From positions 6,394,954-6,458,953 of the forward strand of contig CM120644.1 of the NCBI GenBank assembly GCA_051362555.1: 64,000 bases of DNA, written 5' to 3'. The DNA comes from Lingula anatina (Eukaryota > Animalia > Brachiopoda). A program made the translations under genes and the position numbers. Below are positions 59,532 to 64,000 of this stretch, one piece after another. The stretch's first letter is position 1; every line of letters starts with the position of its first letter. A model generated the notes under the pieces. That model was given only the letters and a program-made list of their open reading frames with translations, was not told the DNA's origin and ran no database searches.

Positions 59532-61073
59532 CTAGGTTATATACTTAAACGTGAGAATTTTGCATTGGTTAGTTCCAACAACGAGCTCCCCCTTATTGTT
59601 GATAGCGATTATCATAGGTTCCATAATGCCGTCTTGCCTTGTCAGAATATTACGTACAAATTTTCCATCTGAATCAAGGACAGCCACATTGCCATTAAAG
59701 CAGTCAGCTATGAATATGTGTCCAAACTTATCTACGCACACCCCGCTTGGATAACTCACTTGTCCCTCCATACTTCCACTCCGACCCCTTGCTCCGTATT
59801 CGAATATTACGTCACCCTGGAGCGTAACAGCATACACACAGTGGGCCCTGCAGTCACTAACTAAGACAGCACTTATGGCATGATGGTATACGCATTGCAG
59901 TCTAACGTTTCTGCACATCGGGATATCGATTTTGTTAAGAAGAATAAAAGACACCATATCATACATACAAATGCACTTTGTACCGCCATCACACACGTAA
60001 ACCTTTCCCTCTGTACGGTCCACAGTGACACCCCAGGGTCGCCACATGTCACCCTGACCAAAACATTGGCAAACACGACCTGAGGTTGAATACAGTCTAC
60101 AGCAATCATCTCCGCAAGTGACCACAAATCTATCGTTACTGAGTGCAGTGATTCGCCTCGCGCCTCCCTCTATATTGATCTCACGGTTACACCGGCCCGT
60201 GTTAGAGAACATGGCCACTGTAGCACCATGTACTACAAACATGCATCCATCAGCTGCAAATGTTATATCCCAAGGATAATCTTTCATAGAAAAACAATGA
60301 ACCTGTCTTGGCTTCTGTAGCCATGTTGGTTTCGGATATACATGTAGTGCCAATTCTTGATGGCGTGCTCTAGCTTTTTTCAAACTTCCGAAACATGCAT
60401 CAAAGGGACCCTGAAACGTTTTGGCGGTAATGGGTCCCGTTTTATTAGACAACGGCCTTGGCTCAGGAATTTCAGGGAACTGTAGTGTGTGTTTCGTTTT
60501 TGCTCGACATGGTGTCTTGGTATAAATGGATGGTTTTCTTCTGTAGAACGCCAGCAGTTCGCTGGGCTGTTTTTCGCAGTGTTGAATTGAATCTAATTCC
60601 TGGCGTAATTGTGCCTGTATTTTGGCTGCGGTCGTCGACAAGTCGAGTGTGGGCAAATGCACAAACTGGTGCCCATTTAAAGCCGGTATTTTGTCATGGA
60701 TGACACGACATGTATCACACAGTAGATTGGTCTTAGGACATCCTTGGCACAATAAAGTGGCCTCTTTATGATCACAGTATTCACAAAGTCTCCCCTGGGG
60801 CACTGTATGACCTCGCATGAACTCTTTTACTTTTTTTAGAAAGAAGTTTTTCACGAGAGTTTGTAACCCACCTGGTGGTATGGGGGCCTCGTGGTGACAT
60901 ACGGGACAGGAAAACTTGTTCTGGACCCCATTCCTGGCTGCATGATCAGCTATGCATTCCAGGCAGAACGTGTGGTAGCAGGGGAGCACTCTCGGGTCTT
61001 TATATTCCTCTAGACATAAATGACATGTTAAAAAGTTCTCACTGAAGACATCGTAGAGCTCTTTTGAAGCCAT
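59532..61073 (-). CDS. TRIM2/TRIM3-like RING, B-box, NHL-repeat protein (513 aa, intronless), likely E3 ubiquitin ligase
   Basis: C3HC4 RING CHLC...LPCYHTFCLEC...CPVC, B-box CEYC...CQGC...CDTC..IH...H, NHL blades PWDITF, PWGVTVD, PSGVCVDKFGHIFIAD. Confidence 0.9.
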   Translation of the reverse strand: MASKELYDVFSENFLTCHLCLEEYKDPRVLPCYHTFCLECIADHAARNGVQNKFSCPVCHHEAPIPPGGLQTLVKNFFLKKVKEFMRGHTVPQGRLCEYCDHKEATLLCQGCPKTNLLCDTCRVIHDKIPALNGHQFVHLPTLDLSTTAAKIQAQLRQELDSIQHCEKQPSELLAFYRRKPSIYTKTPCRAKTKHTLQFPEIPEPRPLSNKTGPITAKTFQGPFDACFGSLKKARARHQELALHVYPKPTWLQKPRQVHCFSMKDYPWDITFAADGCMFVVHGATVAMFSNTGRCNREINIEGGARRITALSNDRFVVTCGDDCCRLYSTSGRVCQCFGQGDMWRPWGVTVDRTEGKVYVCDGGTKCICMYDMVSFILLNKIDIPMCRNVRLQCVYHHAISAVLVSDCRAHCVYAVTLQGDVIFEYGARGRSGSMEGQVSYPSGVCVDKFGHIFIADCFNGNVAVLDSDGKFVRNILTRQDGIMEPMIIAINNKGELVVGTNQCKILTFKYIT

Positions 61074-62247
61074 TCCCTTGATTTGTCATCCAAAGGAATG
61101 CTCAGTGCCCCATACATCCGACCGCCTTGATTTTACTGCTGCCAAAGCCATGGCGCGAGTTTTTATCGCTTGATAGGTCATCTTAAACAAACTTGTAGTG
61201 ATTGAGATGCCTAGCGATCGACGAACTATGTAACTGGGTCATGCTGTCTGTAACCGCATAGGTATCAAAAAATAAAACTAGGCTAAGTTTGTTTTCTGCT
61301 TTTCTGTGTGTAAACAAACTTTAAGACTGGCCTACTTTATTTTGTTTAGGATGGCTGTGTGTGAAGCATATATTCAATACTCTTGCATACCCCCCAGGTA
61401 CCTATAGAGACGGTATATGGCCATGGCGATATGACCCTCATGCCACTGTAGTGAGCTGTCCTTCGGAAAAATCAGATAAGACATCGATAAAGTCTAGACA
61501 TTCTATAGATGTATCTAGGCAGAGACCCTCAGAATACTGTAAACCGATTGCTATTGATTATTTGATCATTTTTGCCTTAAAAGAACACCATGGAAGGTGT
61601 CTAATGGGTCATTTCACGTCCCTTTTTTATTGGGGGGGGGGGGAAGGGGGTCCACTGGACTGGATTCAGTTTATAAATTTTGTTAACATTTTTTTCAACT
61701 TCAGTGGGGAATATCGCTCACTTACTAGACTAATGTACGGTGGCATATGATTTTGTAAAACAAAAATCATTTTTACAAGATGTTAATGAAGACACTAAGT
61801 TTGAAATACATTGTACCTGTATCCAGTCGTTTAGTGACATATTTCGATCAAAGTCAGTTATATGCAAAGTTTTTTTTTTTTTTTTGCTTCAGTTACGACT
61901 TGTTTATGAACAGAAAACAAAATTAAAAGACTTAAATAAAGAAATTTATCTGGTTGAGTTTTCTAGCCTTGAGTCATGGATCCATAAAACAGACGGTGTA
62001 AGACACGATTTAATTATTATAAAGGGGGTATGGCTAATTTCAATGCTGTAAACATTGAAAAAATGAGAAACAATTTATCTATTTAATGTATAAATTTATT
62101 AAGAACTGGCAAACTTCTTGAAATATAAATATTCCTTGTCGGTGCTGAGTACATTTACAGTTTCTGCACAGTGTATGTGTCGCATGACATTTTCCCGCAA
62201 AGGAAATCCAACGTTTTAGACACTATCACTGTGTGAAATCAGTTAAG

Positions 62248-62735
62248 TCATATTTTATCTATATAACTAAACGTGAATACTGCACATTCGTTTGTTCCAA
62301 CAACAAGTTCCCCATTTCTGTTGACGGCGACGCGCATGGGACGGACTATGTTGTCATGTTTCCTTGTCAGGACGTTACGTATATATTTGCCATCTGAACC
62401 AAGGACAAGCACCTTGTGATTACAGCAGTCCGCTATGAATATGTGTCCAAACTTATCTACGCAGACTCCGAATGGCTGACTCAGTCGTCCCTCTTCACTA
62501 ACACTCTGACCTCTTGCTCCGTATTGGAATAGGACGTCACCACCGGGTGTCACTGCATACACACAGTGGGCGCTGTTTTCCAAGACTATGACTGCCTTGA
62601 TGCCGTGGTGGTATTCACACTGAAGTGCAATACAAGTGCACATTGGGATAGCGATTTTGTTAACAAGATTAAATGATTCCGTATCATACACACAAATGCA
62701 CATTGTGCCGCTATCACACACAAATACCTTTCCCT
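62248..62735 (-). pseudogene. partial paralog of the TRIM-NHL gene (last NHL blades only)
   Basis: GKVFVCDSGTMCICVYD...PFGVCVDKFGHIFIADC...GELVVGTN aligns to the C-terminus of 59532-61073. Similarity stops abruptly near 62735. Confidence 0.75.
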
Positions 62736-63216
62736 TTCCAAGGACAGGTCGAGCAATGGTTCTGGGGTATTGGCAAGTTGCCCCTTTCCCCAAGGAAAAT
62801 TCATTTTGGCGGGTAAACCCTGTTTAGTTAGCATCAACCAATATCTCCCAGCCTTGAGAAATTCTTCCAAATGACAATGATTAATAACTCTAAAATTTAT
62901 GTAAAAAATAAATAAATAAATTAAAAATGACGCTAATTAATAACTAAAATTTACGCAAATATGCGAAAAATCTTTGTAGTGTCTTTTTCGGATTAATCAG
63001 GGCTACTCAGAAAAGCTTATCTTCAGTCTTTTCAATTCATTGTTTTTTAAAGGAAAGGTGATAATGCGTTTGCGACGTGACGTAATTACCATCCTAACGA
63101 CTATTTTGTATCAATACACTATGTTCACATCATCAAGTTGGAAAACAACTAAAATCTGATATTCGTTGCTCACGACACGTTGGCTGTAGTATTGTTTTTA
63201 TTTTAACAATTAAAGA

Positions 63217-63252
<36 letters not shown>

Positions 63253-64000
63253 AGAGAAAGCTAAGTTGGGACACTCTGAAATGTGGAATCAGAATTTTGC
63301 CAAATGGGGTAATGGGTAAGAAATATACCATTTTATGTTTTACCGTGAATGGCACAATGATAAGAAATCACTTTTTATAGCGCTTTTGTTGGTTTTGCTT
63401 TTCTTATTGGCGATGGTGGGATTTTAGTCGATAAAACTAAGATTGGTACCAAACACACGTACACGTGCTGGTTTTTGTTGGGACTTAAAAGAAATGATTG
63501 CACTGAAGTGTCCTTCCTGAATATTTCATGCCGTTATCCGCCCGTAGGAAAGGCAGAGAGTTAAGCCACAATCAATTCTCCACTATGCCATGGAAGATGA
63601 TTTTAATTTTTCACAATCGGGTATATATCCTGTGCAAAAGATATAAATCTGATTTCTTTTGCCGTTGTTTGTTTTTCCTTTGATTCTGTTTTATATCTGC
63701 ATGCTTCGTAAAATTCGAGAAACACTTCTTTAAAAGCAAGGGCATTGTTATTGGAAAGCAACTGTTCCTTAAACACGTGCATAGGCCTACATGTATGTCA
63801 GAAATATGCACACACTGGACTATAGAAGTGTTACCCCTACTGAACCAATACTTTGGGGGAGATAAATGACTGTGAAATGATATGCTCCTGGTATCATTTA
63901 ATTAACATCAAATTTCATAAAAGAAACGGTTCTGACTGAACCATTCAACTGTATCGATATTCTGACATTGCTTATACTCCGCCTCTTCAGGTTAATAACT

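Overview
AT-rich, intron-containing eukaryotic DNA, most consistent with a marine invertebrate such as a mollusc or other lophotrochozoan (inference from gene and TE types). Host genes were assembled by hand from splice sites and reading frames: two tandem WSCD-family sulfotransferase-like genes (+; the first is partial), a candidate 5-exon orphan gene (+), a 2-exon class A GPCR (+), a 23-exon secreted CEMIP/TMEM2-family G8-domain gene (-, 13800-47506, about 1085 aa), a 3-exon C-type lectin (+), an intronless RING/B-box/NHL TRIM-like gene (-) and a partial NHL paralog. One 18.9-kb CEMIP intron holds a cluster of LTR retrotransposons, all antisense to the host. (1) An intact, very young Ty3/Gypsy element whose Gag begins with a ComEA-like helix-hairpin-helix domain and which carries two extra 3' ORFs, each behind its own splice acceptor, with a donor in the LTR. 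(2) A Gypsy remnant. (3) An internally deleted BEL/Pao element, inserted in the remnant's LTR, whose own LTRs contain a GC-rich 64-bp tandem array that differs in copy number. Also present: a 5'-truncated LINE, a Penelope-like fragment with a hammerhead-type core, a 2.2-kb TG...CA-bounded insertion and several MITEs. No database searches were run; family calls rest on motif recognition.
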